A DNA stretch of 58,170 nt, the filler included, from Dugesia japonica (Eukaryota), in assembly GCA_001938525.1 (NCBI GenBank). It is 6 parts of 6 records of this genome, joined end to end, with 100 filler letters (N's around TTAATTAATTAA, not from the genome) between each part and the next. Parts side by side here need not be neighbours in the genome. Positions count along the whole stretch, not along the records: positions 32,332 to 40,514 come from MQRL01593313.1; positions 40,615 to 49,496 come from MQRL01633317.1; positions 49,597 to 58,170 come from MQRL01610757.1; 3 more parts are not named here. One strand, 5' to 3'. Below are positions 39,183 to 51,219 of this stretch, piece by piece; within the stretch, counting starts at the first letter, position 1, and each line of letters starts with the position of its first letter. The notes beneath the pieces are model-generated. The model did not search any database and was not told the origin of the DNA. It saw only the letters and a program-made list of their open reading frames with translations. Position numbers and translations under genes: made by a program.

Positions 39183-40181
39183 TGTTGTGATGAAACGCCC
39201 AGTTTTAGAAGAAAATTGAGGCCCAAGGCCGAAATCAGAACTTAATAAAAAAGGGGGGTCAAAAAGGAGGCAAATTAGAATTTATCACCGATTGAACAAG
39301 GAAATTACCATTATAATTAATAAAAAATCGGACTAAGAAGGGAACCAAGAAGAAGGATATCCGATGGCCGAAATATTATTCGAAATTCAGGTTCAATAAT
39401 TGAAAGAAAATAATTTACTATTAAAAAACAATTAAAATAAATTAAATAAATTAAAATTAGGCAAAAATCTGTATTTTACAGATAACTCCATTCAGAAAAA
39501 TCAGGGAGCTTTGGGACAAGAAAATCTAAAAAGGAAATGATCAGGGGCAATAGAATTTTGCAGGAAGAAAATTCTATCATTTTNANGAGAACCCCTACAA
39601 GGGTTGAAAGAATAAGCCAATAAGGAACCNGAAAGAGAAAATAAAACAAAGAACAGAAGATCANATNGTAACTTAAAAATAGCCACCAATGGAAACTCTA
39701 AAAATCTATGAAAAAATCTGAAAATTGGCACCATCGCCAATCAGAAGCAAGAAATTTGAATTAAAAATAGAAACCTAATGGCTATGATGCCGAGTTGCAT
39801 CGGAAATTTATGTAAAAATCCCCGATTTTACTCCAAAAAACAGCAAAAAATTGAATTTTAGCTGCCATAACAGCACTATATTATCTGGAAAAAAATTTCA
39901 TAGGAAACGTTAGTAGACTCTAATCGCAAATACAATTCGTAAGATAGTCATTACTATTGAAGCAATTAATCGGAAATTATCTAAATTTACAAAGGGAGAA
40001 TATTCACTAGTTTACGAGGTAATCAGGAAGAGGAAATCGTTGTGAAATTTCAGTTTAAAAACGCCTTTGCAGAAAATTCTATTAATTTTACTAGTAAGTA
40101 ATGTGTTTTAATTGAATATAATGCAAATTTACTATGAAGTAAATTATGAAATGTTAATGTAATAAATGTCCTCTTTAAACA
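39183..40181 (+). repeat. Putative solo-LTR family copy C (~1 kb, TG...CA)
   Basis: TGTTGTGATGAAACGCCC start, several CCAAT boxes, AATAAA about 15 bp before the terminal AAACA, and flanks TTAT/TTAC as a near-TSD. Confidence 0.6.
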
Positions 40182-40614
40182 TTACTTTTTTCATACCTGA
40201 AAACCACTATCTGTAATGACAAAAATATTCAGTGGCTAAATAATTAACCCCTTTCGAAAAAAGACACATTAGCTCAGATAAAAGCAGATATGATTCTTTT
40301 TTTTGTTGCACTTGTAAGTCGAGACAGCATAAAATGATTCCTGACGATCTAGTACAACTTTACAGTATAACAATCTATGACAATATTTCCGTTGATGTGC
40401 CAAACATGTTCTACTCTACAAATAAATTGTTAATCACTGACTATTGAATCGTTTTGTTATGTTTATTTTCAAAGCTTCCGGTAGTAGCAATGAAATAGCG
40501 AATGATTAGGATAGNNNNNNNNNNNNNNNNNNNNNNNNNNNNNNNNNNNNNNNNNNNNTTAATTAATTAANNNNNNNNNNNNNNNNNNNNNNNNNNNNNN
40601 NNNNNNNNNNNNNN

Positions 40615-41530
40615 ATAAATTCTATTTCTGGTAAAACTTTGGCCCAGTCTTGCTTTTTCTTATCCTGTGAGCTAATATGAATTGTATCTCTTATAGTTCG
40701 AAATTGTCTTTCAATTATCCCATTACAACTATGAATAGAGTATTGGATTTCACAATTAAATTCCTTAGCTAATTGTTTCAATAGATTAGGGTCAAATGAT
40801 TTTCCACGATCTGTATGTATTATTCTCGGTGCATCATATTTCAAAATCCAATTATTTTTTAATATTTTAAGTGGTTTTTTCATCTTGATGTGAAACTGTA
40901 TTGAGTGATAAAAAATATACTAAATTTATCAATTATAGCTAAAATATATTGTTTTCCATATAAAGTTTTCTTTAAAGGACCACAAAAATCAATATGAATG
41001 ATTTCAAAGATGTCATCAACTGGAATACTAATAATTTTTTCTTTTGTTTGAGTTGTCTGTGTTTTTNNNNNNNNNNNNNNNNNNNNNNNNNNNNNNNNNN
41101 NNNNNNNNNNNNNNNNNNNNNNNNNNNNNNNNNNNNNNNNNNNNNNNNNNNNNNNNNNNNNNNNNNNNNNNNNNNNNNNNNNNNNNNNNNNNNNNNNNNN
41201 NNNNNNNNNNNNNNNNNNNNNNNNNNNNNNNNNNNNNNNNNNNNNNNNNNNNNNNNNNNNNNNNNNNNNNNNNNNNNNNNNNNNCTTTTATAATATTGAT
41301 TTTTTCAGAGTTTTCTTGCCATTTATTACCATTTGTTTTAAGCTCAATTGCTAAGAATTTTGTTTTCATTTCCCCTTTTTTCGCATTATCATGATTCATT
41401 TGATATTGAATACATGTTTCACAAATATCCGCTGACATTGCGTCAGCATTTAAATTACATTCTCTTTTTCTGTATTCTCCAAACTACTTAAATAATTGAT
41501 CCATGTCTGGAATTGTGGAGTAATCGGTTT
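40615..41530 (-). mobile_element. Ty3/Gypsy integrase remnant, same family as 2490-4350
   Basis: Nucleotide-level similarity to 2860-3800. PRIIHTDRGKSF...NGIIERQFRTIRD...DWAKVLPEIEF. Confidence 0.9.
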
Positions 41531-41705
41531 TAGAAGTGCTGCATAGATCTTTAAAAGACCGTAGTTAGATGGTACAAAGTCAGGGCAGTATGGTGGATGT
41601 GGTAAAACCTTGACCCCATCTAACTTTTCAAATTTATCCTAAGTCTTATTGGTAGTGTGTGGCTTGGTGTTGTCCTGGTGAAACAAGGCGCTCCTTCGAC
41701 GGACT
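41530..41705 (-). mobile_element. mariner transposase C-terminal fragment
   Basis: LFHQDNTKPHT...VLPHPPYCPDFVPSNYGL (HPPYSPDLAPSDY motif). Confidence 0.85.
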
Positions 41706-41919
41706 AAAGTCATGAGCCTAATCTTTCTTGTAAAGGATCTTTTCCTTTTTTTCCTTTATGTTTATTATTTTTACTATAACCCACAATTTTACTACAAACC
41801 AATTCGGTCCGTGGCGTTTTGACTTTATTTAAGTTCTAATAAAAAAACGACGTTGTCGGTTTTATATTGATTACCAACAATTGTTCTAACTTGCATTGAT
41901 TTCATAAAAGTTTCCCGTT

Positions 41920-43950
41920 GCAGTGGACATCGTACTCTCGGTACTGAGCTGTTCTGAATACCGAGATTTCGGTACTCACAGTTATTTCAACGTTATTTCC
42001 AAATAATTTTCACTTAGCAAACCGTTTCTAGTAAAAGTTTTGCAAAAAAATGATATTGTTTACAAAAAATAGTTAACTGACAATTTTCTGAAAATATAAA
42101 ATACAAGAAATTGAAAACTATAAGTGAAAAGAAATCTTTGTAAACTCTGGAGAATCATGAACATTTTTATCTGCTCCTGGGTTTGATTTGGCTGAAATCG
42201 AAGAGTTTGATTCATAACATGATAATTAAATATGGAAAATTTATTCAACAGTGAATATATATCGAATTACAAAGCTTAAAGTTGCACGGAAAAGAATTTA
42301 GACTATCCTTCGACGAATGGACTTTTAGAAAAAATCATTGTTATTTGAATATAATCCTGTATATTCAAAGGAAACATTTGAAAGTGTGCATGGATCGTTA
42401 CCAGCAAAAAAGTGCTTTATATTGATTGAAAAATTAAAGTCTAAGATTTAAGTTTACATAATAACATTGTTTGTATTATAACCGCTGATGCTGCAGTCAT
42501 TTCAGAAGTCGTCAAATTGCTTAGTTGTCATTAACAGATATGTATTGAACATGCAATTCATTTAGCAGTTTAGTACAAAAAGTGTACACACGTCCTTCAG
42601 GAGAGAATCATTGAAACAGAAGCAAATTATTTTGAATTTGAATCAGAATTTGATCATGATGACTGAATTTATATCATTTTTAAAGAAACTGAACCACAAT
42701 TATCAGAAAATTTATTTCCATTGATTTCAATTTTAAAAAAGTTGTCAGATTATTCCGTATCTCTCCCACAAAAATTATGATATTCTTTAAAAATAGACAA
42801 AGGCTGAATTTGGTAAAGAAAACCCTTTGTTAATTGACTTACAAACTCACTGAAACAGTCTCTAAATTATGTTATGGTTGTATTGTAAAGTAAGACTGTA
42901 TTTTCAAATCATTTATTTATATTAAATCTTTTTTATACTTTAATGATGTTGAACTGGAATTAATTACGAAGCTGACATCAACACTAGAGCCAGTATAAAT
43001 ATCTGTTGAAACATTATATAGTGGTCATTCTACACCGGCGGTGCACAATGTTTCTAGGCGGGCCGCATCATCAGTTTAAATTAATGTTGCGGGTCAANCA
43101 TGCAAAAAATTCGGGCCGAAGGTTATGCATCACTGATATTAAAGCTACTATACTATATTATATAATTTAAACATTTAATATAGCACGGTTAAAGTGTAAT
43201 TTTGCAGATAGTTGGTTGTAAAGAATTATATTTCTATAAAAATATACATTTTGAATTTTTCATTGACTTGGGTNCCGGGCCACATGTAACATAGTTGAGG
43301 GCCGTATGTTGTGCACCCTGTTCTACACTTTTAACTGCTGTTTTAACTATTTCCTTCTTGCGCAATAATTTGAACAAAAACAATTTAGCTATTCAACTTA
43401 ATCAATCGACTAAACTAGCGTCGAAGTAATATATCTAGTTTTGCCATAATACTTACACAAAGTAAATTAAGATGACAAAGATTTAAGGCTAGATATCGGC
43501 CTAAATATTGAAAGGTTAACAAAAACGCAAATAATTCATTTGATTACGAGCCTTGTTACTCGTATGACATGTACATTGATGTACCATTGATCCATCGACA
43601 AGATCCAAATTAGATACGAAAGTTATACTTGATGAAAAAAATGGTGTATCTGCACAGAAAAGCAAACAACGCAATCAGTGAAGTAAATTTCAAAAATNTA
43701 CCAAAAGACGCAAGAAAAATGACCAATCTTGTAAGTATTTTTAAAAAGAATATTTGTAACTTTCGAATTAGAAGGTTCACACTGATGATATCTAGATAAG
43801 ATTTACAAGTACTTGAATTCTGTGCAGCCTATTAATGTAAAATTGGAACGTATTTTCTCTGGTCGTACAAGACTAGAAACAATATGAGATCACCATTAAA
43901 TTATGAATGTTTTTACATATTGTGGTTTCTAGGGTCATAATTTAAATTTT
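41920..43950 (+). mobile_element. hAT transposase remnant, interrupted by a MITE
   Basis: LSFDEWT....YLNI, HGSLPAKKC, IVCIITADAAV, ICIEHAIHLAV (CxxH) and C-terminal PINVKLERIFSG. Confidence 0.8.
43036..43320. mobile_element. Non-autonomous hAT (Charlie/Buster-like) MITE with 8-bp TSD
   Basis: TSD TTCTACAC at 43028-43035 and 43321-43328. Imperfect TIRs CGGCGGTGCACAA / TTGTGCACCCTG. Confidence 0.9.
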
Positions 43951-44012
43951 CTTTAAAATTATAACTTCGATCAAAATTTTGTTTTATTTCCTTTTTGGTA
44001 GATATTTGAATT

Positions 44013-44046
44013 TTCAAATTTTCAACTATTATCTTCTTCAGGAATA
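44013..44046 (-). ncRNA. Minimal type-I hammerhead ribozyme motif with intact core (element spans ~43945-44105 including the inverted 5' segment)
   Basis: Minus strand tattc CTGAAGA A GAT AATA GTT GAAA ATT T gaa: full CUGANGA/GAAA core, wobble stem II, palindromic stem III AAUU, UUU triplet. Confidence 0.7.
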
Positions 44047-44109
44047 TTCTAGCGATCAATGGTTAAGTGCAATTATTATTCTCGTAATATTTGTAAAATA
44101 TTTTTAACT

Positions 44110-45275
44110 ATTAAATGAAATTTTTTTATTTCAATTTCTTTGTAAACGAGATGGATACAGTGGGTTGTTGGTCATTTTTTTCATTATTTTCTGAAGTATT
44201 TATTAAAAATCCATTAATGAGTAACATTCATTTAATGATTATTCCTTCTCTTGGTCTGCTATACACAATATTATTTGATTATTGTGCCCTCTTTGTAATA
44301 ATGCACAATTTCTAAAATCTTGACCTTCCTTACCGCATATTAAACACTTATTTTCTAAAGGGCAGTTTATTCTTCTATGGTTTGTTTCTCTATAGCAAAA
44401 ACAAGAACCAGGCTATAGGAATTCTAATCTTGGAGGAGCTTTAACGTGGCATCTATTATAAATTTTGTTGCTACGTATTTCAGATAATGTTTTGGAAAAT
44501 CTCTTTTTTGGTCTTCATTTATATATCTTATTATTACCATTCTTTGAATCGTTTGTCGCTTTTCTAGAAAAAGTAGAATACTTTGGAGAATTTTCTTTGT
44601 AATGAAAATATTGTCCCCTGTAATCACTTCCCATTTTATTACATTTTGATTTCTTAACTGCAATTGCATAGCTTTTGTTGACAACATTTACATTACTTTT
44701 TGCCACAAATTTATCAAATTTTGCATCCAATTCTGGAGTGCAAAGGATTCTTTAAACTTTTCGCTTCTTAACCCATTCAGAATAAAAACTCTTGATATTT
44801 CCTCTGGTGGTCTTTTGGTTTCAAATATATCGGGGTCAAGTTTCTTTACTCATATCGAAATTCCGAAATTTTTCATAAATCTTTAGTTTATTTGATGATA
44901 GGTCTGATTTTTTCAACTAGCGATTTATCATTAATAAATGTTGATCAAAACCAACTTTCGTACTTTTCATTTGTATTGAAGTCCTCGTTTGTGTTGGTTT
45001 CTTGCCACAATTCATTGGCATCACTTCGTAACAGCATTTATCAAATGCAAAAGAAATTCCCATTTGATTAAATATGGCAAATTCCTTGGTGGTTTGAATT
45101 CAGTCTTCTGAAGTATCTGAAGAGCCATAAAAATGTAGGCTTCGGAATCAGCATTTTTTAAGTAGCTTATGGAAGATTTTTAAAAATCTTTTGTCGCTCT
45201 TCTTTTCTTTGCCTAGTAATGGCCTCTTACACGAGATTAAAAACATGAGTTTTAACTTTATTGAATAAAGGCCAT
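44110..45275 (-). mobile_element. LTR retrotransposon gag remnant with two zinc knuckles
   Basis: SCFCYRETNHRRINCPLENKCLICGKEGQDFRNC (two decayed CCHC knuckles, ~44305-44410). Upstream ACA|TGG junction near 45273 resembles an LTR end plus PBS. Confidence 0.7.
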
Positions 45276-45509
45276 GTGAAATTTTTAAATTTTGTAGAGT
45301 ATATTTAAATTATTATTGTATATTAAAATTTGGAATTAAAATTATTTAGTATCGATTTTGAAAAAATTAATTAAAATTATAATTGAAAACTATAATAAAA
45401 ATTATTCAATAAAATGTCAATTTTCAAATTATTGATTAAAATTATAATTTAAAATGAAAATTATTGAGTATATATGATGGAAGATTTTAAATGTTAAAAT
45501 ATATATTAT

Positions 45510-45836
45510 ATTTTTACAATCACAATTATTTCAACAATTGTTGAACTTGAGCATTGATCGCATTTGAGATTTCATTGAAATAATAGCTTCGATCAAAATG
45601 TTTTATTTCTTTTTTGGTAGATATTCGAATTAATAAGAAAACCACAATTTTGATCGAAGCTTATATTAGATATTTGCTAAATATATATGAAAATGTATTT
45701 TATGTATGTATAAATATTTGAATATCATGAGGCCTGGGTTATCTTTTAAAACAATTTCATTAAAAGAAAGTAATAGCTTCGATCAAAATTAATTGTTTGT
45801 TTTATAGATATTCAAATTTTCGACAATTGTCTTCAA
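45510..45836 (-). mobile_element. Two 5'-truncated hammerhead-family copies (45510-45630 with inversion 45645-45665; 45755-45836)
   Basis: The family tail occurs twice. The second copy keeps TGA A GAC AATT GTC GAAA ATT T GAATATC. Confidence 0.7.
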
Positions 45837-46744
45837 AAACAAAAATCAAAACAATTTATAGAGACTTCCGATATAGTTACTCAAACTAATGATGTTTAAG
45901 AGTAAGTCATCGCTAACAACCACTGGATCAAACAAATCTTCGTTTGAAAGTATCGAGATCAACTTATGATAGCTAAGACGAGATAATTACATCAGTGCTC
46001 AAATCATTCAACTGGAAAGAGAGTTTCGTTTATTACCAGCGGTTTTTCTAACTTCCATTGTTGTAGTGGGATACCAACAGAACAAAACGATGGAGATCGT
46101 TGAGCATTTATATCTCAATGATAGTCTAATTGGCCTAGCGCGGCGTGGTACGATTTTGAAGGACTTTTAACCTCTTCGGCCAAAGAGAAAACGCAATCGC
46201 AAATTTTGAGATGAAACCTTTCATAGCTATCACATAATCACATCAGTGTTNNNNNNNNNNNNNNNNNNNNNNNNNNNNNNNNNNNNNNNNNNNNNNNNNN
46301 AAACGATCAACACAGCGCAAGGTAATGATAACTTTCACGGATTATTAGCGGTTGTTGTGACTTACTTTTTGTAATCACAGTGTCTTAGTAGGGTTCTGTG
46401 AGCTGGACTTGTTGCTCTCGTTACGGATATAATCACTACTCATCCAGCCATTGTTCTTACACTTTTGATCATAGTAGTAGGTAGATGTGAGCGCACAAAC
46501 TAAGTAGGAGTTATCGAGTCCCCCCACGGGGGGGGTTGAATTTGTGTTTCATTTCATTGGTCGGTTTTTGATTGGATGCGGGGAGATGTAGTTTTGTTTT
46601 AATTTGTAAAACTTTTTGGCGGGAGATTTAAAATTTATTTTCGTGATCGATTAAAACAAAAAATTAATTTTGTTTAGCAAAGATTACTGTGTTTGTGCGC
46701 TTACATCAACCATATAAGTTGTAGTTATCTTGGATTTAAGAATT

Positions 46745-46985
46745 TTTTTGATCAGATTTTTGATCGGATCGGATTTCTGAACAGATCAGAATTTTTATCG
46801 GATCAGATTTTTGATCGGATCGGATTTCTGAACAGATCAGAATTTTTATCGGATCAGAATTTTTATCGGATCAGATTTTTGATCGGGTAGGGTTTCTGAA
46901 CAGATCAGATTTTTGATCGGATCAGATTTTTGATCGGATCGGATTTCTGAACAGATCAAATTTTTGATCGGATCAGATTTTCGAT
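46745..46985. repeat. GATC-rich tandem repeat (gatcagattttt / gatcg / gatttctgaaca subunits)
   Basis: Directly visible. ORFs 46693-46890 and 46846-47079 are by-products. Confidence 0.9.
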
Positions 46986-47479
46986 AGTTAATTTTTCTTC
47001 TTTTCCATTCTTTTTCTCTTTTTTTTCTTTTTAAAATCGTTTTATGAATGATACACGATAACATATGGCACAAAATCAAACACAGGGTTATTAGTTATCG
47101 AGATCTACTTTTCTCATCGTAGTGGATAGTTGAATTGTTATATATTCTCATGGTTTCGTCGTAAAGGCGCAAAAAGGGTAAAAGAAAGTAAAGAAGATTC
47201 AATTAAAGCCAATTGTACCACCTCCCGAGAACTAGGTTACCAGAAAACGATGTCCTTTAAATTATCATGATTTCATTTTCCGATTAAACAGAATGAACGG
47301 AATAAACTGAGAAGAACAGTTCCTACACAATGTGGTCGAACAATAAAGTTATTTGGTTTGTCAAGAAATTACTGAATATTCTCATGAAAACTACTGATGT
47401 TAACTATTATTTTATCAAAAATGGATTGATTTAAAATTTTATATTTTATAAATATTTTAAATTCAATAAGTTTTATTAC

Positions 47480-48148
47480 CGATGCGAGGCTTAAAAGTAA
47501 ATTTAGAATAATAGATTTCAATCTGATTGGAGTATTAGAAATCAATGATTTATGAGCAACCGAAATTAAGACCTAGAAAGAGAATGTTGTTACAAATTGT
47601 CATAAAAAATGATAAGACTACCTGCATTGCTTCATCTACGTTTTCTTTTCCAACTAAAATGTCTATTAAATTTGATGTTTGTCCAATAACAGTTGTGCTG
47701 GAAAATATTCCATTTACTAAACAAACTAAAGTTTGAGATGCATTGGCAACTCGAAAATAATGAAAACGTTTAATAGCATCAACACATCTGAGAAACAGAC
47801 GATTTATTTGAGGCTAAATTTCTTATAAAAACTAAAGAATAAAACTGTTATTTACTTTTAAGCACATAATTTCTTCCAATGAATGCTTATCAAAAAGTTG
47901 ATTTAAAGCAGGAATATTCACCTAAATTATTATTTATTTTAGCAATAACATAACTAAAATGCCTTTAATAAAAAAAATTCATCCCAGAACTCCTCTCTAC
48001 TTTCAGATATATCGACTCCCTACATGATTTTAAGTAATTGGGTATTAAATTTTGATTATTTCAATATACTTACATAAAAAAATTGCTCATAAATTTCAAC
48101 AACTTTCTCTTTGTGAAGATTTTTATAATTGTTTTTAACAGAAACCAT
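47480..48148 (-). CDS. ARMH3: ARMH3 (C10orf76/UPF0668) homologue, 5' partial, exons 48074-48148, 47963-48019, 47856-47921, 47622-47813, 47480-47572
   Basis: The spliced frame is open: MVSVKNNYKNLHKEKVVEIYEQFFY|GVDISESREEFWDEFFLLK|VNIPALNQLFDKHSLEEIMCLK|PQINRLFLRCVDAIKRFHYFRVANASQTLVCLVNGIF...IDILVGKENVDEAMQ|VLISVAHKSLISNTPIRLKSIILNLLLSLAS. It matches ARMH3 motifs recalled from memory (KEKVV.+Y, FW+E.FL+KVN, RV.NA.QTL..L+.G, LKS+.L.LLL.L). Introns are 54, 41 (GC-AG), 42 and 49 bp, all phase 0. Confidence 0.9.
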
Positions 48149-49596
48149 TTATACGAAATTATAAATTTATAATTAGTGAATTAAATTGTTATTTCCTTAC
48201 AATAGTATCGTCAAAAAAGTGCAAATATTTTATTTCATATATGCGCTGGTATATATTAAAATTAAGTTTTCGAAATGTAATATATAAACAAATCTTTCGA
48301 AAAGTCTGTAAAATTGATAATCTTAAAATTTAGAATCCAACAATCTTCTAAATCATCTAATTAAATACATGTTTTATAATTAATTCTAGAAATTTCCATA
48401 ACTAAATTTAAAAGTTATCTGTGTGACATATAAAAATGTCAGATTAAGATTTAAAATTAAGAATTTATATTTAAATAAATTATAATACAATTTCTTATTC
48501 AAAATTTAGATAATATATTTAATTTTTGATTAAATAAGTAAAAGTAGGCTAATTTTAATAAATTTTCATTTGAAATTTTAATGCTTAAATTGTTAAATTA
48601 ATGATAGAAGTGTTTCAGTACTACTTGAAAGTGACTTGATGATAAAATATTTGATCACAAAGTACGATAAAAAACGCAAATTAAAACTATTTACCGGATT
48701 TAATTAGAGAAGACTAACACAAAACAAGTTAACGTTGATAAGAAAAGCAGAAGAAATGACTGAATTACTTCCAGTAAAGGATTCAATCAATCACGAGGAT
48801 GTAACAAGGAGTGTTACAAGTAATCTGTACAATCAACAATAAAATGAGTGAACACTATGGCTTTTCNNNNNNNNNNNNNNNNNNNNNNNNNNNNNNNNNN
48901 NNNNNNNNNNNNNNNNNNNNNNNNNNNNNNNNNNNNNNNNNNNNNGGAGTTGTAAATTCTTTTGTTTTGTACAAGGATTTCAAACATAACATTGACAACT
49001 AGAAGAGATGAAAGTCGAAAATGAACTCATGGTAGTACTCATTATCCTTTAGCTTTTTATTAGCTTTTTGTTGTTATCTCAAAGTTTTATATCAAAATTA
49101 CTTTTGAAGATTAACAAATAAAATTTTGAATAGTATGGTTGTTTTCACTTTATTANNNNNNNNNNNNNNNNNNNNNNNNNNNNNNNNNNNNNNNNATTTT
49201 TTGTACTTGTACCATAATATATTTTTATTTTTTAAAATGTTTTTCATAAGCATTTTGTTTTGAGTAAATAGGAACTATTTTCCCCCAACTTTTCTCTTTT
49301 TCCCAATACCCCAAAATACATTGGATTTTGAGGTTTTATAATTATATAATTTATTCATTTTCTCCATTAACTCATTGGTGGATAACATCCTTTGATTACC
49401 TAAATGTTGTTGTCATATTTTAGGTGCTTTATAATATCATTTCCTGTTATGTACCATATTTATTAATGTATTTCTTTCCTTTTTGTAAAATTATTTNNNN
49501 NNNNNNNNNNNNNNNNNNNNNNNNNNNNNNNNNNNNNNNNTTAATTAATTAANNNNNNNNNNNNNNNNNNNNNNNNNNNNNNNNNNNNNNNNNNNN

Positions 49597-49925
49597 ATAT
49601 TCTGCATGATTTGACTACATTTCTCATTAATAAACGGTAATTTAATTACTGTGTTTGTTTTTGGTTTGATATTATTATGTTTTGTATTAAAAGATAAATA
49701 TTTTGATATAATTTTATTTGGATTGTCATTATTTAAAAATTTATTTTTTATCAACTTGAGAGAGATCAATTTCATTTCTTTATTTGAAGATAGTCTTTCA
49801 GCTCGAATTCTTTCACCTTTAATTATACCAATTTTCTAGCTGATGGTAGTATTACTACTACATGGTAATATATGTCCAATGTGAAATGGTTTCATATATA
49901 GTTGAGTAGTTAATTTTTCACCAGG
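49597..49925 (-). mobile_element. Penelope-like RT thumb/linker fragment
   Basis: LTTQLYMKPFHIGHILPCSS....KIGIIKGERIRAERLSS...FLNNDNP..II...IKLPFINE. Confidence 0.75.
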
Positions 49926-50239
49926 TTTCTTTCACAAAATTTCAAAGCAAACAATTATTCGCTATTAAAATATTTATTTTTTAATTTTCTAAATTTTAAA
50001 ACAAACAATCATTCGCTATTTACACATAATTTTTAATTTTCAAAATAAAAATAAAAATATTTGTGTATAAAAATACTTGAATTAATCTTTAAGTACACAT
50101 AATCTTCGTATTAAAACTTTAATTTAATTTACTTTAATTTCTTGATTAATTTATGACTTTCAATTTTAAAATAAAAGATTTAAAATAAAATAATTTCCAA
50201 TCAAAACCCAAAAATTTCAACTCGCTTTTCAAAACACAC

Positions 50240-50304
<65 letters not shown>

Positions 50305-51103
50305 NNNNNNNNNNNNNNNNNNNNNNNNNNNNNNNNNNNNNNNNNNNNNNNNNNNNNNNNNNNNNNNNNNNNNNNNNATAATAATAATAATAATAATAAT
50401 AAAAATAATAATAATAATGATAATAATAATAATAATAATGATAATAATAATGATAATAATATATTTCTAGTAGAAATTTTGATATTAAATTTACAAATAA
50501 AGCATTTAATTCCAAGTATCCTTAGTATATATTTGATAATAAAAAGATTAACCATAATATTTTGAAACTTCCTTTTCAAACAAATATATTCTCATCTCGT
50601 TGCGACTGTATTGTAAGTAGTTTACAAACAAAAGTGTAAAGATATAGAAATGCACAAATTAACGTCTTACTGAGGATGAATCCATAGGGGGAGGATCGCC
50701 TCCCCCCTATAAGACGGTCTTACCGATGTTGGTTCTAAATAATTAAAACGATATTTACGATGACAATGACAAAGAAATTGTTTATTAAAATTTAGTAATT
50801 CAATAATTAAAATACAAATTTCANNNNNNNNNNNNNNNNNNNNNNNNNNNNNNNNNNNNNNNNNNNNNNNNNNAATGACAAAGAAATTGTTTATTAAAAT
50901 TTAGTAATTCAATAATTAAAATACAAATTTCATAAATTATTTAATAACAATTTATAAAAAAAACAATTGTTCATATTTTAAGTATTATTTGTTGAACATA
51001 TAAAAGAAATAAAAGAAATTTAAAATGATTTCTATTTAAAAACTCAAAAAATATCGGTAATTTTTTAAATAAATAATTGACAACCATTTTTTAAAATATT
51101 TAT

Positions 51104-51144
51104 TTGCGATCAATTTCAACGGAATAACCGTCATCATCAAGCAA
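51104..51144 (-). ncRNA. Hammerhead ribozyme motif in the 3' pseudo-LTR of the adjacent Penelope element
   Basis: Minus strand ttgc TTGATGA T GACGG TTATT CCGTT GAAA TTGAT C gcaa: stem I ttgc/gcaa, 5-bp stem II, near-palindromic stem III, AUC triplet, C3U change. Confidence 0.75.
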
Positions 51145-51219
51145 TTAAAAAATATTCAAACAAACCTTTTGTAAAGTTTAAATGATTATATATTTTCAAT
51201 TGTACAATTTCAATAAAAT

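Noticed and set aside
48811-49002. GVVNSFVLYK, a piggyBac-like C-terminal motif
   Set aside because: Too short and gap-interrupted to support a feature call.
50711-50760. GACGGTCTTACCGA resembles the start of a flatworm spliced-leader sequence
   Set aside because: The similarity covers only ~14 nt, with no ATG|GT donor or Sm site downstream.
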